Part shown: piece by piece, positions 36,704-49,371 of the stretch
How positions within the stretch are numbered: position 1 is the stretch's first letter
Layout: every line of letters begins with the position of its first letter
Origin: Neoconidiobolus thromboides FSU 785
Taxonomy: Eukaryota > Fungi > Entomophthoromycota
NCBI GenBank assembly: GCA_025603075.1
Contig: MU626364.1
Coordinates: forward strand, 11,108 to 75,107
Direction of reading: 5' to 3'
Length of the DNA stretch: 64,000 nucleotides
Notes under the pieces: generated by a model
Database searches by the model: none
What the model saw: only the letters and a program-made list of their open reading frames with translations
Told to the model about the DNA's origin: nothing
Translations under genes and position numbers: made by a program

Positions 36704-37720
36704 ATGTCTAATATAGTCAGCAATAGCCCCATGGAAGCTCAACTTAATGAAGATAAGCAAAAAAATGAACCCAAGCTACCCAATTTAAATATACGTTTAA
36801 TGTGTAAAGATTGTCGTAATCCGATTCCAAATATAGTAGAAGAATTTGCCAGTGGTGATTTAGTATGTGGTGATTGTGGTTTGATATTGGGGGATCGTAT
36901 CATTGATACCCGTTCTGAATGGCGTACCTTTGCTAATGATGAAGGTGATGATCCTTCTCGTGTTGGTGCTGCTGCTAATCCATTACTCGAAGGCAATCAA
37001 CTAGATACTGGTATTTCAAAATTAGGGGTTACTTCAGCTGCAGGGAAAGATATGATACGTTTTGTTAATCGAGCTAATAATAATAAAGGGATAAGAGGAC
37101 GTTTACAAGCATTTAAAGATATAGCTGCTATGTGTGAAGCAGCTAATTATTCTAAACCAGTGATTGAAAAAGCAAAAGCTATTTATAAATTAGCTGAAGA
37201 AAGTAAATCCATTAGTACTAAAAAAACAGAAGTGATTATTGCAGCTTGTATCTTTATGGCTTGTAGAAGGGAAGGTGTACCACGTACATTTAAAGAAATT
37301 TCAAGTTTAGCTAGAGTTACTACTTCTGATATTGGTAAAGCTTATAAAACTTTAAAACGTAACATTGATGATGAAGGAGAACAAACAACTACATCTACAG
37401 CAGATTTAATGCCAAGATTTTGTTCATTACTTAATTTACCAATGGAGGTACAAAATGCAGCTAGTAATTTGGCACAAAGTGCTACGAATATTCATTCGGT
37501 TGCGGGTAGAAGTCCAGTTTCTATTGCTGCAGCAGCTATTTATTTTATGTCCCATTTATTTCAACAAGGTCGAAGTTTAAAACAGATTTCTGATGTTTCA
37601 GGGGTATCTTCATCAACTATTAAATCCGCTTATAAAACTTTAGCTAATGAAAAAACTACTTTAGTTGATATTAATCAGTTCCAAGCTAAAGTTTCTTTCG
37701 CTTATCTTCCCCCTTGTTAA
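36704..37720 (+). CDS. SUA7: General transcription factor TFIIB
   Basis: Zn ribbon CKDC...CGDCG, B-reader EWRTFAND-DDPSRVG, two cyclin repeats (CRREGVPRTFKEI; GRSPVSIAAAAIY). Confidence 0.97.
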   Translation: MSNIVSNSPMEAQLNEDKQKNEPKLPNLNIRLMCKDCRNPIPNIVEEFASGDLVCGDCGLILGDRIIDTRSEWRTFANDEGDDPSRVGAAANPLLEGNQLDTGISKLGVTSAAGKDMIRFVNRANNNKGIRGRLQAFKDIAAMCEAANYSKPVIEKAKAIYKLAEESKSISTKKTEVIIAACIFMACRREGVPRTFKEISSLARVTTSDIGKAYKTLKRNIDDEGEQTTTSTADLMPRFCSLLNLPMEVQNAASNLAQSATNIHSVAGRSPVSIAAAAIYFMSHLFQQGRSLKQISDVSGVSSSTIKSAYKTLANEKTTLVDINQFQAKVSFAYLPPC

Positions 37721-37920
37721 TATTGGATGTCCACTACCTTGAGCTTTCATAAACTCTTCTTCTCTATTTTATTTGGATTGATAAAAAATATATATTATAA
37801 AATAAACTTCTATCTTTTGACTATATGTTTTTAAATTCTAATTTATTTGTTTAAATTAATTTCAATAAATAATAAGAATAATAAATTAATAAAATATCAA
37901 ATTATTCTATTTATTTGTCT

Positions 37921-39331
37921 TTAATCAAATACAATTTTATTACCCTTTGGTTTAACTGTAGCAATGGCCAACTTTTGTTGACGTTTGGCTTCCCAAGATG
38001 GATGCAATTTTTCTTCTTTTTTCTTCTTTTTGTTTTCTCCATTTCCTTTATATTCTCCCTTTCCTTTATATTCTCCTTTCCTTTTGTCTAATTTTTTTAA
38101 GGAAACATCCATATTAGCTTGAATTTGTAAATGATTGGCTTTTTGACCATATTTTTTCTCATTTAATCTAATGAAATTAAAACGAATTAGAATACATTAC
38201 TTTATATCTATATCTATATTTATATTTATTTATACTTTTATATCAGTTAACTTACTGTCTCCTTTGCCTTTGTCCCATACGGTTTCTACCTTCAGCTCCA
38301 TATAATTGTTTAAATTCTTCATCTTTTATATCAGCTAAATTATCCATATAAAGATTACTTGTCACATGTTTATTCTTAGTTTTATTTTTTAATTCTTTAT
38401 TGTTTGTCTTTGATCTTTTCTATTATAAATTTTATTGATTATTGTGAAATTTATTGTTATTAATTAACTTACTTCCATATCATTTCTACTTTCATTATTA
38501 TTATTACTTTCTTTTTCTTCTTTTTTACCCTAAAAATAAATTAGATTAATACTATTTATACTCGCCCCTCTCACTCTTACTTTTCCTTTAGCCTTAACTT
38601 TCTTTTCTGATAACCCCAAATCTACCATTAGTCCCAATTTAATTCCCTCCAATGCTTCTTTAACTTTTTTATTGGATATTACTTTATTCGTTACTCTATT
38701 CATACTCTCTGATAATTTTTCTTTATCTTCCTCAAGTGCTGGGTAATCTAATAAGTCATTTATTTTCTTGTTTTCTTCAATATACTCTTTCAATTGCTCT
38801 TGTTCATTCAATTTCCTATCTTTGGTGATTAATTTGTAGAGTAATTTTTTACTTAAGGATTCAGGATCAAGACACTAAAAGAGTGAAGAAAGAGTTACTA
38901 TTTTTGTTTTTTATTTTTGTTTTTTATTTTTGTTTCTTGCTTTTATTTTTGAATATATAAATACTTTATCATGACTTTAAATATTACCTTTAATAATTGA
39001 GTTTCTAATTCTAATAATTTGACCTCTTCTTGATGTTTTGAAATTTCTTGCTCTTCTTTACTATATTTTTAAAAAATGATATTAATATCAATGATTATTT
39101 TATCACTCTATTTACAAATATAATAATTTACTTTTCCTCAATCAACTTCTGTATCCCTTTAATCTTTTTAATATACCTCAGCTTTTCCATACTTTTAATA
39201 TTTTTCAACAACCTTATTATTTCAATAAGGTATTTATGCTATTATATTAAATATAGTTAAATAAATTTTACATTAGATACCATATCATAAACTATTACTT
39301 TTGGTTGTTGTTCACTTCTTATCGATTTCAT
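37921..39331 (-). CDS. BUD22: Bud22/SRFBP1-family ribosome biogenesis protein, multi-exon (internal boundaries partly resolved)
   Basis: C-terminal EEKLHPSWEAKRQQK...KGNKIVFD* signature; N-terminal IIRLLKNIKSMEKLRYIKKIK helix; GT-AG introns. Confidence 0.72.
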
Positions 39332-39336
39332 TTTAA

Positions 39337-39384
39337 AATTATAAAAAAAATTATAAAAAGAATTATAAAAAGAATTATAAAAAA
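39337..39384. repeat. Tandem AATTATAAAAAG-like units (about 4) immediately upstream of the BUD22 ATG
   Basis: aattataaaaaaaa-ttataaaaag-aattataaaaag-aattataaaaa. Confidence 0.7.
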
Positions 39385-39489
39385 TAAAAAACTCAATTTA
39401 ATAACCCAACTCATTTATTTAATTGGCTACAATTAAAATAAAATAAAAACAGCAACATAAACTCAATAACTTGATTTAACTCACTTTTA

Positions 39490-42400
39490 TTACTCTATTG
39501 AACAATTATAATGTAATACAGTGCCATTGGGAAACCATTTAAAAGCAGAAATCCCGATTCTTTTTAAACAATAATTACAAATAGTATCTTTATCAATAAC
39601 AATTTTTTTTTGCTTATATTTTAACATTTGTTTATTTAATTGGTGTTGATAAGCTTTAGATAAATTTAGTTGTAATTTTTTAATATGTTGTTGAAATAAA
39701 TTACTTTGAATATTTTTTAATAAAAATAATTCAATTTGTTTCATTTGAACATCATTTGGTAATAATTTTAAACTCTCTAATAAGGGTAAATATTTAAAAT
39801 ATTGATTAATTAATTTGATATATTCTTCTTTTAGTTCGAATTTTAAATACATTTTTAATAATAAATAATAAATTTCTTCATTATTTTCAATTTGACAATA
39901 TTCAATAGCTCCATTATAATCTTTTAATTTTTCTACTATTATATTTAATCCTAAATCATATCGTTTCAATTTATATAATATAATTGCTCTTGGTTTGTAT
40001 AATAAATTAGTTGGTAGTCGACTCATTATTTTTTCATATTTATAATAACTTGGTATAGCTAATAAAAAATAAATTAATTCATTAATATGCTCTTGACATA
40101 AATTTAATATATTAATTAATTTATTATTATCCCTAATTGTTATTGTTTCATTATTATCATTTATTAATATCAAATCTTCCCAACTAATTGTATTATTATT
40201 ATTATCATTATTATTCTGCCAAATATAAGCTTCTAAATTTAAATTAATATCATTTTTTTTGTCCTCATTATTTACTTCACATTGCTTATGAATATCATCA
40301 AGTAACTTAATTAAACAATCAATTAATAACAAAGCATAATCTGTATGTACTTGTATATCATTAATATTTTGATGATTAGGTTTTGTTGCTTTTTTGAATC
40401 CTGTATATTTTTCATCCAATACATTTTTACAATAAATTAAAGCATATTGGTTATTAATACCTTTTAAAAAATCAATAATTTGTTTACAATTGTAACTTTC
40501 TGAATTCAAATGTTCTATTAAATATAAATTTAATGTTTCCTCTGGTGAATATTCAAAACAATAACTTGAATATTCCATAATTAAATTAAAATCTGTTATT
40601 CTTTTTAAATAATCTAAAATTGAGGTAATTATGATTTGATCTTCTTTCTTTTCTTTTTGACTTAATTCCTTTAATAGCTGTAGTCCATTTCTATGTAATT
40701 CCTTATTAAAATATAACTCGGTTAATTCTTTATATTTTTTTAATTCCTTTAAAATACTTTCAATTTCTATTACATCCACATAATTTTTAATTCTTAATAA
40801 TGGCCCTACCATAGCTTCATTAGTAACTAAATAACATTTAATTAAAGTGGTATCAATTAATTTCATTTCTTTTAATTCATTTTCTTTTAAATAATAATTT
40901 CGATATTGAGTTAATATAATAATAAAACTTTCAATTGCTTTAATTAATCTATTGAAATTCCATTCTTCTGAATTAGTAATATAACTAGTCATACTTTCAT
41001 CTTCATTATTTGATATTGGACTATTACGATTACTCTTATTTTCTTTATTTTCTTTAATTTTTTCATAATCTTTAATAAACTCTTCCCATTTACCATTAAC
41101 TAATTTAGGAAATAATTCGGTTAATTCATTAACCTGAGTCTTTAATTCAAAAAACAAATTTAGTCCTAAATCATATTGACCATTGAAAAATTTATCTAAT
41201 GCTAACATTTTTTTAATCTCAATTTCTGTGTTTACCTTAATTTCACTAATTCGACTTTTATTTTGTTCTAATAACACTAAAGCTTCCGAATATAATTTCA
41301 ATTCTACTAATTGATTGATTTGATTAGCAAAATGAGATGGAAGCCAGCGATAAACTTGATTGTTAGTAGCTAAAAATGGGGCTTTTCCATCTTTAATAGC
41401 AATAATGGGGTTATTTAATTGCATTGTTTGTACTGTAATTTGAGAAGATAAATTTCTTACTTCAACTTGATTTTTAGTAATAATAAGAATATATGGATAA
41501 CAGTATAATAAATAATAAACTTCTTCTGGTAACTGTAATATTATGTCTCTTTCTACTTTTAATTTCTCATTAACAATAATACCAAATCCATCTTTTATTA
41601 TTATCATTTGTTTTTCATTTAATCTTAACATAGGTAATTTATAGTGTTGATTAGATAAAATGGAATTTAATGGGTTATAGCTTGATACATATTGTGTTGA
41701 TGTATAAGCAATACCTGATATCATAGATGCCATACCAGTTCTTATTGATGGTGTAGGTGATAACTTTCCTTTTTTTTCTACTGAACTTCCTATTTTTTCT
41801 TCTTCTTGTTTTAAGTCATTATTATTATTATTATTATTGGAATTTTGATCGATATTTAAGTTAACGTTAATTTCTTTATAACTTCCATCATTTAGATCCA
41901 TTTGATAATATTCTTTATTAATAGTACCAAGCCATAATTGAGTTGCTGTTAAAAAATTGATACTTCTAACTTTATCAGGGAGAGGGTATTCTTTTGTCTA
42001 ATATAATAAACAAACGTATTAAATCCCTATTATTAATAAAATATAGTTTAAAAACTTACTTTTTCAGCATCAAACTCAGAATCCTTCCACATCATCATAA
42101 TTATACTTTTTTTACCTAATATACAAAGTCGAGTTGTCATTACTGGTATTCCACCTTTGTTTCCATTTTCTTCTTCTAACATTTCAATTCCAGTAAAAGT
42201 AACAAAAGATAATTGACCTTTAGCTTGGTTTAAAAAATAACTTGGTGCTAAAGAAGCTTGAAAAGATAATGTACTTAATTCATAAGCATTCACTTGGTTA
42301 TCGGTTAAAGCTAATAAGAGACCTAATTCTGAAATAATTTCTAGTTGATCAATAGATTTTTTAGAAAAAGATTTAAGACTCTTTAATAATTCTAGTTTGT

Positions 42401-42587
42401 AAGATTGACCATATTCATCAGTGTAAGCAATGGTGTCCTCAGAAGTGGGAGTAATGGGGATAATCTTATATAATAATAAGATACCACTTTGAGTTCCTAT
42501 GTATAAAATATCTTTATGAAAGGTTATACTTTCAATTTTTATTGGAAGTTTATCCAGTAGTAGAATGGGTTCAAACGCATGGTACAT
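39490..42587 (-). CDS. VPS39: HOPS subunit Vps39/Vam6 (CNH domain, Vps39 repeats, C-terminal zinc finger); intron 41998-42059
   Basis: MYHAFEP start, CNH-like N-terminus, IDTTLIKCYL...VGPLLRIKNY, C-terminal CNYCLKRIG...LHYNC; the two ORFs join in frame across a GTAAGT...TAG intron. Confidence 0.9.
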
Positions 42588-43021
42588 TTTTATGAGCTGG
42601 AAAATTAAAAAATGAAATTTAGATTTTGCTTTTTTGAGATTTTTTAAACGTCATTTTCTGTTCTATTTTCAATGTGTAATTTTTAGCTTTAGAATCAAGT
42701 AGATATTTTTTAAGTTCAATCGAATATTATTAATATTTATAATTTTAGTATAATAATTTAATAAAAAAGTTAATAAAATAAGTATATTAACTTTACAACA
42801 TCTTTTTTATTCAAACGCTTGAATTTTCAAATCATTAAGTACTAATAATTTATATTTGTTTTGATCTCGTTTTCATTCTACATTTTATTTTTCTATTATT
42901 AACTAGAAACTATCTTAACTTATCAATAACTACGGTTTAGCTTTATCATAAATTATTATTCAATCATTCAGCCTATTCATTTATACCTTTTACATACTAT
43001 GCTCCCACTTAGTTTTATATG

Positions 43022-44340
43022 TTATAGCCAATCAAATGGATCAAATTCTAAATTCATATTTTCCAATGACTTAAATGGAGGGGATGGTGGAGACATCTTA
43101 AACTCATTGACTTTTATTTTCTTTGAATTCTTATTTCCCGTCATCTCATTTTTAATTTCTATTTAGATAAAATAAAATAAGTTAAATTAAATTAATCTTT
43201 TATCTAAAATAAAATGAGTTATAAAACATACCATCCATATCAAATTGTAAATGATTGAATTCACCTTCTCTTTTATTATATAAATTATGTAATTTGTTAA
43301 GGAAAAGTGTGTTTTCGTTAGGTTTACTATCAACGCTATCGTAAATTGATATTAATATTACTTATAAATCATAATAACTACTACCTCTCTTCTTTACATT
43401 CAAACTCCATAATATCCACTTGATGTTTTAACTCTTTTTCAATTCTTTTCAATTCTTTAGTATACTCCCTATGCTCATTGACCATCTTCTCCAAATCCCC
43501 TTCATTATCAAAACCTAAGTTATTCATGTTATCAAAACTTCTTACCTTTAAAAATAGAAACTATTAACTTACTTTCCATATTTATTTTATCCATTTGATT
43601 CATCCATTCCTTCATATCATTCATAATATCTTTAACAATTTCATTTATGTTCATATCATTTTTTTTTTCTTTACTTAATTCACCTCCGTCAATTAAAAGC
43701 TCACCATTTGAATTTATTAACTGTTCAAGCTGAGTCATGGGAATCATATTATTTTTATAACTCTCACTAAATGAATCCAAACAATTGAATATCTCTTGCT
43801 TATTAATTGGAGCTTCTTTATCCTCATAGCTAGCTAATATGGCTTTGTTTTTGTTCTAAAGGAATTAGTATTGTTTCAAAATAAATACAGATAAATATAT
43901 CAACTTACTATTTTACTCTCAATACTTTTTATCTGTTGAGTTAGATCTTTGGCTTGAATTTTATACTCAGTTACTAAATTATCATGTTCTTTTATTTGAG
44001 CCAGCATTTCTAATGTATTTTGAGTTGTTTTAGTCTATAAAATGGCAATCATTTTTTCAATATTTTATGATAAAATATATAATGAATATAATTACTTTAA
44101 TCTCATTTATATCTAATTTCTCAATATCTTCTATAGATTTGTTGTCTTCTACTAATTATTGTTTATAAATAATTTAATTTGATAGTAATGATAATAAACT
44201 TAAAGCTTACTTAGAATTTTATCTAACTCTTGCTTTAACACGGTATAGCCTAAACCAACCAAAATCCAAAGGAACCTAAACCAATAAACATCAATCGTCA
44301 TCATAAAACATTCATTATAATATAATAAACTACCTTTCAT
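43022..44340 (-). CDS. Uncharacterised coiled-coil protein, about 290 aa; exons 44340-44334, 44249-44211, 44151-44096, 44034-43909, 43855-43573, 43514-43385, 43326-43232, 43158-43022
   Basis: Seven GT-AG introns of 53-84 nt give one continuous frame ending MSPPSPPFKSLENMNLEFDPFDWL*; the 5' end may extend further upstream. Confidence 0.75.
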
Positions 44341-45452
44341 TTCTATAATCTGAGAAATAAGAAAAGCGAATAGGAATAAATGACGGCCATTTGTTTTCTT
44401 TTTTTAAACTAAATAAACATTCAAAATAATATTTATTATTGATATTCGTTTGCTTAAGTTCGGAGTTTGGACACTTGCCTACATTCTAAATAATTAAAGG
44501 TCAGAATAAAAACAATCTGTTAATTCTATTCCTGATTGAACATGGAATAGGAATTACCTTTTCTAAATCTTCGGAATTTAACTTAAAATATAGAAAATAA
44601 ATTACCCATTCAATTTCTTTTTTTTGTTTCAGAAATGTATCATCCAGTCTTATCTCTATGGGTATTCCTTTTTGCTGAAAGAAACTAGTGATATCAAGCA
44701 ACTTTATTATGTTAAACAATGTCCGGTTTAAATCCATGGTAACCAGATAACAATTTGGAATAAAAGGTAAAAAAGTTTTAAGCTTGAAGTTTCAGTAAAT
44801 ACTTGTTGAATTGGAATAAGATAAAACTAGCGAAAAAGTGAAACTGAAAATAAGAAACAACCACTAAAAGGAAATTTAGTAGTGATATTAAAACAAGCTC
44901 AGTTTTATAAATAATAGTAATCCCATTAAAATAATATTGAAATAATTTAAAAATTAAATGAAAATTAAATAATTATTTTGAAACTATTTGTTTATTTAAT
45001 ATAATGTGATTCCATACTAATCAGCTATACAAGCCGACCAATAGCTCCATTAAATTCCTTAAATCCAATCATCAAACTCCATCAAACCACTAATTGAGTT
45101 AATCAATGATTAAATTAAAATCACCAAAGTTCAGAAGTAGGGCTCTTTAAAAACACCTACAAAGGTGAAGCCTTAAAGGAACCTACATTTAACAATTCAT
45201 AGAGTCAAAACTAAATTCACTTGATTTTTTTAAATAAATTGATAGAGTTATCTAATTAGAATTCGAAATCAAATCAAAAAATTAAAAGTAAAATAAAAGA
45301 TTGAGCTTCAATTTTTAATCTGTATACTTTTTATTGAAGCCATATTTTAAATGAACAAATCAAAATATAAATTTGTTATTACATCTTTTGTAAAAATGCA
45401 TAAAACCCCAGCCAATTGGCAATTGTAAGCAGAAAACTAAAAACTTCAATAT

Positions 45453-45510
45453 ATATGGGGATGTTTTTTTGGCTTCATTACTTTTTCCATCTTTTAGACA
45501 TTTTTGAAAA
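45453..45510 (-). mobile_element. Fold-back element copy 12 (half element)
   Basis: ATATGGGGATGTTTTTTTGGCTTCATTACTTTTTCCATCTTT then truncated. Confidence 0.75.
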
Positions 45511-46001
45511 AGGTGTATTTCAACTAATTATTTAATAACTTAAAACTAAAATTTATTTAACATGGATTTAAACTTGTACATAACTATGTAAAGTTATACC
45601 ATAAAAAATAAAAATAATTGTTTCAGAAACTTTTATTATATAAAGTAAAGTTCAAAAACAAAGCCTTTTAATACATATAAAAGCCTATTACACGCTTAAT
45701 TATTGAATAGTTTAAAAAAAATTAAATTTATAAAACTTTACCACTTTTAACTATTTATTTAAATCAAACTCAGCTTTGTATAGTAACTTAATAAATTTGA
45801 AACTATAAATATAGGTTTTTTTATTTAAAATCTTGTTTTTTTGTATCTAAATTTAGTATTGTTAGTTTACAATTTTTTTATTAATTTTTATTATTAAATT
45901 AAAATCAGTTAGTTATCTTTTTAGTTTAAAAAACAAATTTTTATATAATTTTTTGTAATTAATATCATTTATTTTAAAATTGCAATTATGATAGTACATT
46001 A

Positions 46002-46106
46002 ATATGATAATGATTTTTTTTGTTCATTACTTTTTTCTTTTTTCAAGCACTATTAAGCCGAAAAAATGTTGATAGATTTCTTAGACAAAAAGAGACATCC
46101 CCATGT
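46002..46106 (-). mobile_element. Fold-back element copy 13 (diverged)
   Basis: TTCATTACTTTTTT...AAGCACTATT...GACATCCCC. Confidence 0.7.
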
Positions 46107-46227
46107 GTTATTATAAAATATCAACAAAAAAATTCATAATTATTGTACCAAGCTAAAATTAAGATTAAATTATACAAGTATTAATAAAATAACAATTAAA
46201 TAAAATAAAATAAAATAAAAATAGAAC

Positions 46228-46325
46228 AAATAAGAATGTATTTTTTTAATTTTACTAACAATCTTTCCACCCAAATAGCGCTTAAAAAATGGGAAAAGCA
46301 ATGAAGTCAAAAAACGTTCTTATAA
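46228..46325 (+). mobile_element. Fold-back element copy 14
   Basis: ATGTATTTTTTT...TTTTACTAACAATCTTTCCACCCAAATAGCGCTTAAAAAATGGGAAAAGCAATGAAGTC. Confidence 0.78.
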
Positions 46326-46510
46326 TATAAATTTAAAAGTATAAATCAGTATAAATATACAAACTATCTTTTTAACTATTAACAGCTATTAAAAAACAGT
46401 TAGTAGTTAGTCAAATAGTTTTTATGCTTATACTAGCTCATATCTTTAAATCTAAATTAATAATATTTCTTTTAAATAGTTCTCACTTTATAATAAAGTC
46501 TTGTAAAAAT

Positions 46511-46604
46511 ATATGGGGGTGTCTTTTCTGTTTCACCACCCTTTCCATTTTAAGTACTATTTGAGCGAAAAAGTTAGTAAAATTCTTAAAACATATTTCC
46601 ATAC
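46511..46604 (-). mobile_element. Fold-back element copy 15
   Basis: ATATGGGGGTGTCTTTT...CTATTTGAGCGAAAAAGTTAGTAAAATTCTTAAA. Confidence 0.78.
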
Positions 46605-46677
46605 TTTAAAAATTATTCCTCTTTCATTAGTGTTACAATATAAATATTATTTACATCTTAAGCAGTAAGTATAACTT

Positions 46678-46750
46678 GCCTGATTAGCTCAGTCGGTAGA
46701 GCATGAGACTTTTAATCTCAGGGTCATGGGTTCGAGCCCCATATTAGGCT
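46678..46750 (+). tRNA. tRNA-Lys(TTT)
   Basis: 73-nt cloverleaf GCCTGAT...ATTAGGCT, anticodon loop CTTTTAA, GGTAG D-loop, TTCGA T-loop. Confidence 0.96.
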
Positions 46751-46779
46751 AATTCTAACTAAAATTTTGAACTCTCAAT

Positions 46780-46874
46780 TTATTGGGATTTTTGATTTTA
46801 TGCTAGCTAGTCTTTCTGCTCAAATAGCGTTTAAAAAATGGAGAAGTGATCAAACCAAAAAAACATCCCTTTAT
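46780..46874 (+). mobile_element. Fold-back element copy 16
   Basis: Left arm diverged; CTCAAATAGCGTTTAAAAAATGG...AAACATCCCT; TTAT on both sides. Confidence 0.72.
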
Positions 46875-48717
46875 TTTTGTTTAATTTAACTGTGAGGGCT
46901 TTTTTTATTTTATGTTTAGAATAAAGTTAAAAGCACCTAATCCATATTTAAATCAAAGCAGTAGTATCAGGTTTTCTTGCCCAAAATATTCCTCATTTTT
47001 TAATATTTCGCGGCGGTGGTAATAGATTGCAACAGTAAGTATTATCTTTTGTAACTATTACTAATTCTTGAAAAAATTAATTCAATAAAAAACACTGACT
47101 AGGTTGACAACCATAATTAGTTTTTCTAGTATAGCATTAACTTTTGCTCTTAAATAGTATTACCTTATATCAATAAAGAGCAATTAATGTAACATTTCTT
47201 TTTTTATTTAGAAAATGAAACTTGGAAAATTATTTCAATAATACTTTTTTTGCAATTTTTACAAAAATTTTTTTTGGTTATTTATTTTCAAAAAATACTA
47301 GTAAGTAGATGATTATATTAAAAAATACTCATAAAACAGAAGTATAAAAGAACTATTTTGAAAATTGGTTTTATATAATTTATTAAAATAAGTATTATAT
47401 ATTTTATTATAATTCCAACTGTTTTTAGAATTTGTATTTATAACTATTTTACAAATATACAGAGCAAATAATTGTGTATAGATAGTAGGCACTTAATTGG
47501 TGACACAAATGTTAAGTAATATTATACTCTCAAAATAATATGTAAAACAAAAAGCAATCAATTGAGCATAGATAAATATTATAGTTGAAGTACAAATTAT
47601 ACTTTAAAGTCTTATACAAAGGTATAGTGGCCAAATACTTACGCATTCAATTTAATCTTAATAATTATAGTTATTGTGTGATTAGTCGAACAATAAATTA
47701 ACATTTTACAATGTTTAATTAGCTAATTAATAAAATATATTAATTACACTCATCTATTTAAAATAATGAATAAAGTTAATTCCTATTCATTATAAAAATA
47801 CATATAAATGAATGATAAGTCGGTAATCAATGTATTTATTTATTAACTAATATAAGTTATAGATTTCGGGTTATTGTAATCGAATTTATAATCAAGTAAC
47901 TTGAAAATATTAAATTTATGATTGCTTATAAATTTTTATTAATTGAATAGAGCTACATAGTTTTTTTATAAAAGTCGATTTTTCACTAAATTAAATTCAA
48001 CCCTTAAAACCGTATCAAAGGAAAATATTTATGTCATATTATTGAGTACTAGCGCCAAGTTAAGAAGCTAGGGAAAATAATACAAAAATAGTAAACTTAC
48101 TTGGAAAAGTTTATTTTAATCTTTAAGCTAATTTTTTCACTAATTGCCAAAACTTTAGATCATTTATTCTTTAAGTTGGAAGTAGTAGATCTTAATTTAT
48201 ATTGTATACCTTATCTTTGGCTTTATCTTACAAAGGCTGAAATCAGCTCCGTTAATAATCTCCCCTTTAAAATGTTATTTATTTTTGGTTTTACTAATAA
48301 CTTTTAAAGCCAAGCTTCCTGAGCAATTTATTGACTTCTTTCTATTGTAATGTATTTCTAAGCTATATAATTTATAGAGCTTATTATTAAAATTTGTTGC
48401 TATAAAGTATTTATAATGAAATTAATATTATTAGTAATATACTCTCAGCTAGAATAGAATACCTATAGTAACAGTATACTAAATTCATCATTTGAACTCC
48501 TACAATATAGGATAAGTACTATATCATTAGTAATATACTTAATTATAACATAGTCTCAGTATTAAAAGAATAAGTAAAACAATAACCCATTGTTTAATAT
48601 ATATATATTTGTTATTTATATTCTTTATTTTAACTTAATTATTGTACACTTTACTAAAAAAATCAAATTTTTAAATCTTATTGTTTTTTAAGGAGAGGAT
48701 AGTAAAAATGAAACTCA

Positions 48718-49371
48718 CTAGGAGCTAGAGGAGAAGGAGGGGTTAATGTTTTGGATGTAATTTGTACAATGAAGTGGAAGGAGCTGATGAGCCTTAACAC
48801 ATTTCTTAGTAGTTCTATGGCGATCATAAATATCTTTACGGTAAAACGAAATATTACAAGGTTTGCAATGATGTGTTTTGATGTTAAAGTGAGATCCAAT
48901 ATGTCGCTTTAATACATACTTTCTTTCGAATGATTTTTTACATATATCACATTGATATAATGGCTTTTCTTTGTTATCATTCTTTGTATTGTTTGTACTC
49001 TTTGTACAACTCATATTCTTCTTGATAGGTGAGCTATGTGTATTAGGTGTATTTGGCATTGTATATGGGAATGACTCTTCCACCCTTTCTCTTTTAACAT
49101 CTTTCATTGGTAAACTCATTGGTATAGAATCAATAGCTGGCATATTCAACATAGGAGCCTCACAGTAAACAATCTGAGGCTCGTAATAGCTAAATTGAGC
49201 ATCTTGATAACTTAATTGAGTATCTAATGAATAATCGTTATAATAAGGCCATACTAAGTCTTGTTGTACATTTGTATCAGATAAAAAGTTATAATCTGGT
49301 ACAACTATTGGTGAAGAAAAATACTCGGTATCTAGATAGGCATATTGTGGATATAATGTGTTGTTATTCAT
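48718..49371 (-). CDS. C2H2 zinc-finger transcription factor, 217 aa
   Basis: YQCDICKKSFERKYVLKRHIGSH plus a second C2HC-type finger HCKPCNISFYRKDIYDRHRTTKKC; acidic/aromatic N-terminal activation-like region. Confidence 0.88.
   Translation of the reverse strand: MNNNTLYPQYAYLDTEYFSSPIVVPDYNFLSDTNVQQDLVWPYYNDYSLDTQLSYQDAQFSYYEPQIVYCEAPMLNMPAIDSIPMSLPMKDVKRERVEESFPYTMPNTPNTHSSPIKKNMSCTKSTNNTKNDNKEKPLYQCDICKKSFERKYVLKRHIGSHFNIKTHHCKPCNISFYRKDIYDRHRTTKKCVKAHQLLPLHCTNYIQNINPSFSSSS

Noticed and set aside
43515-43545. Apparent 31-nt micro-intron in the orphan gene
   Set aside because: A canonical GTAAGT donor at 43572 gives a normal 58-nt intron in the same frame.
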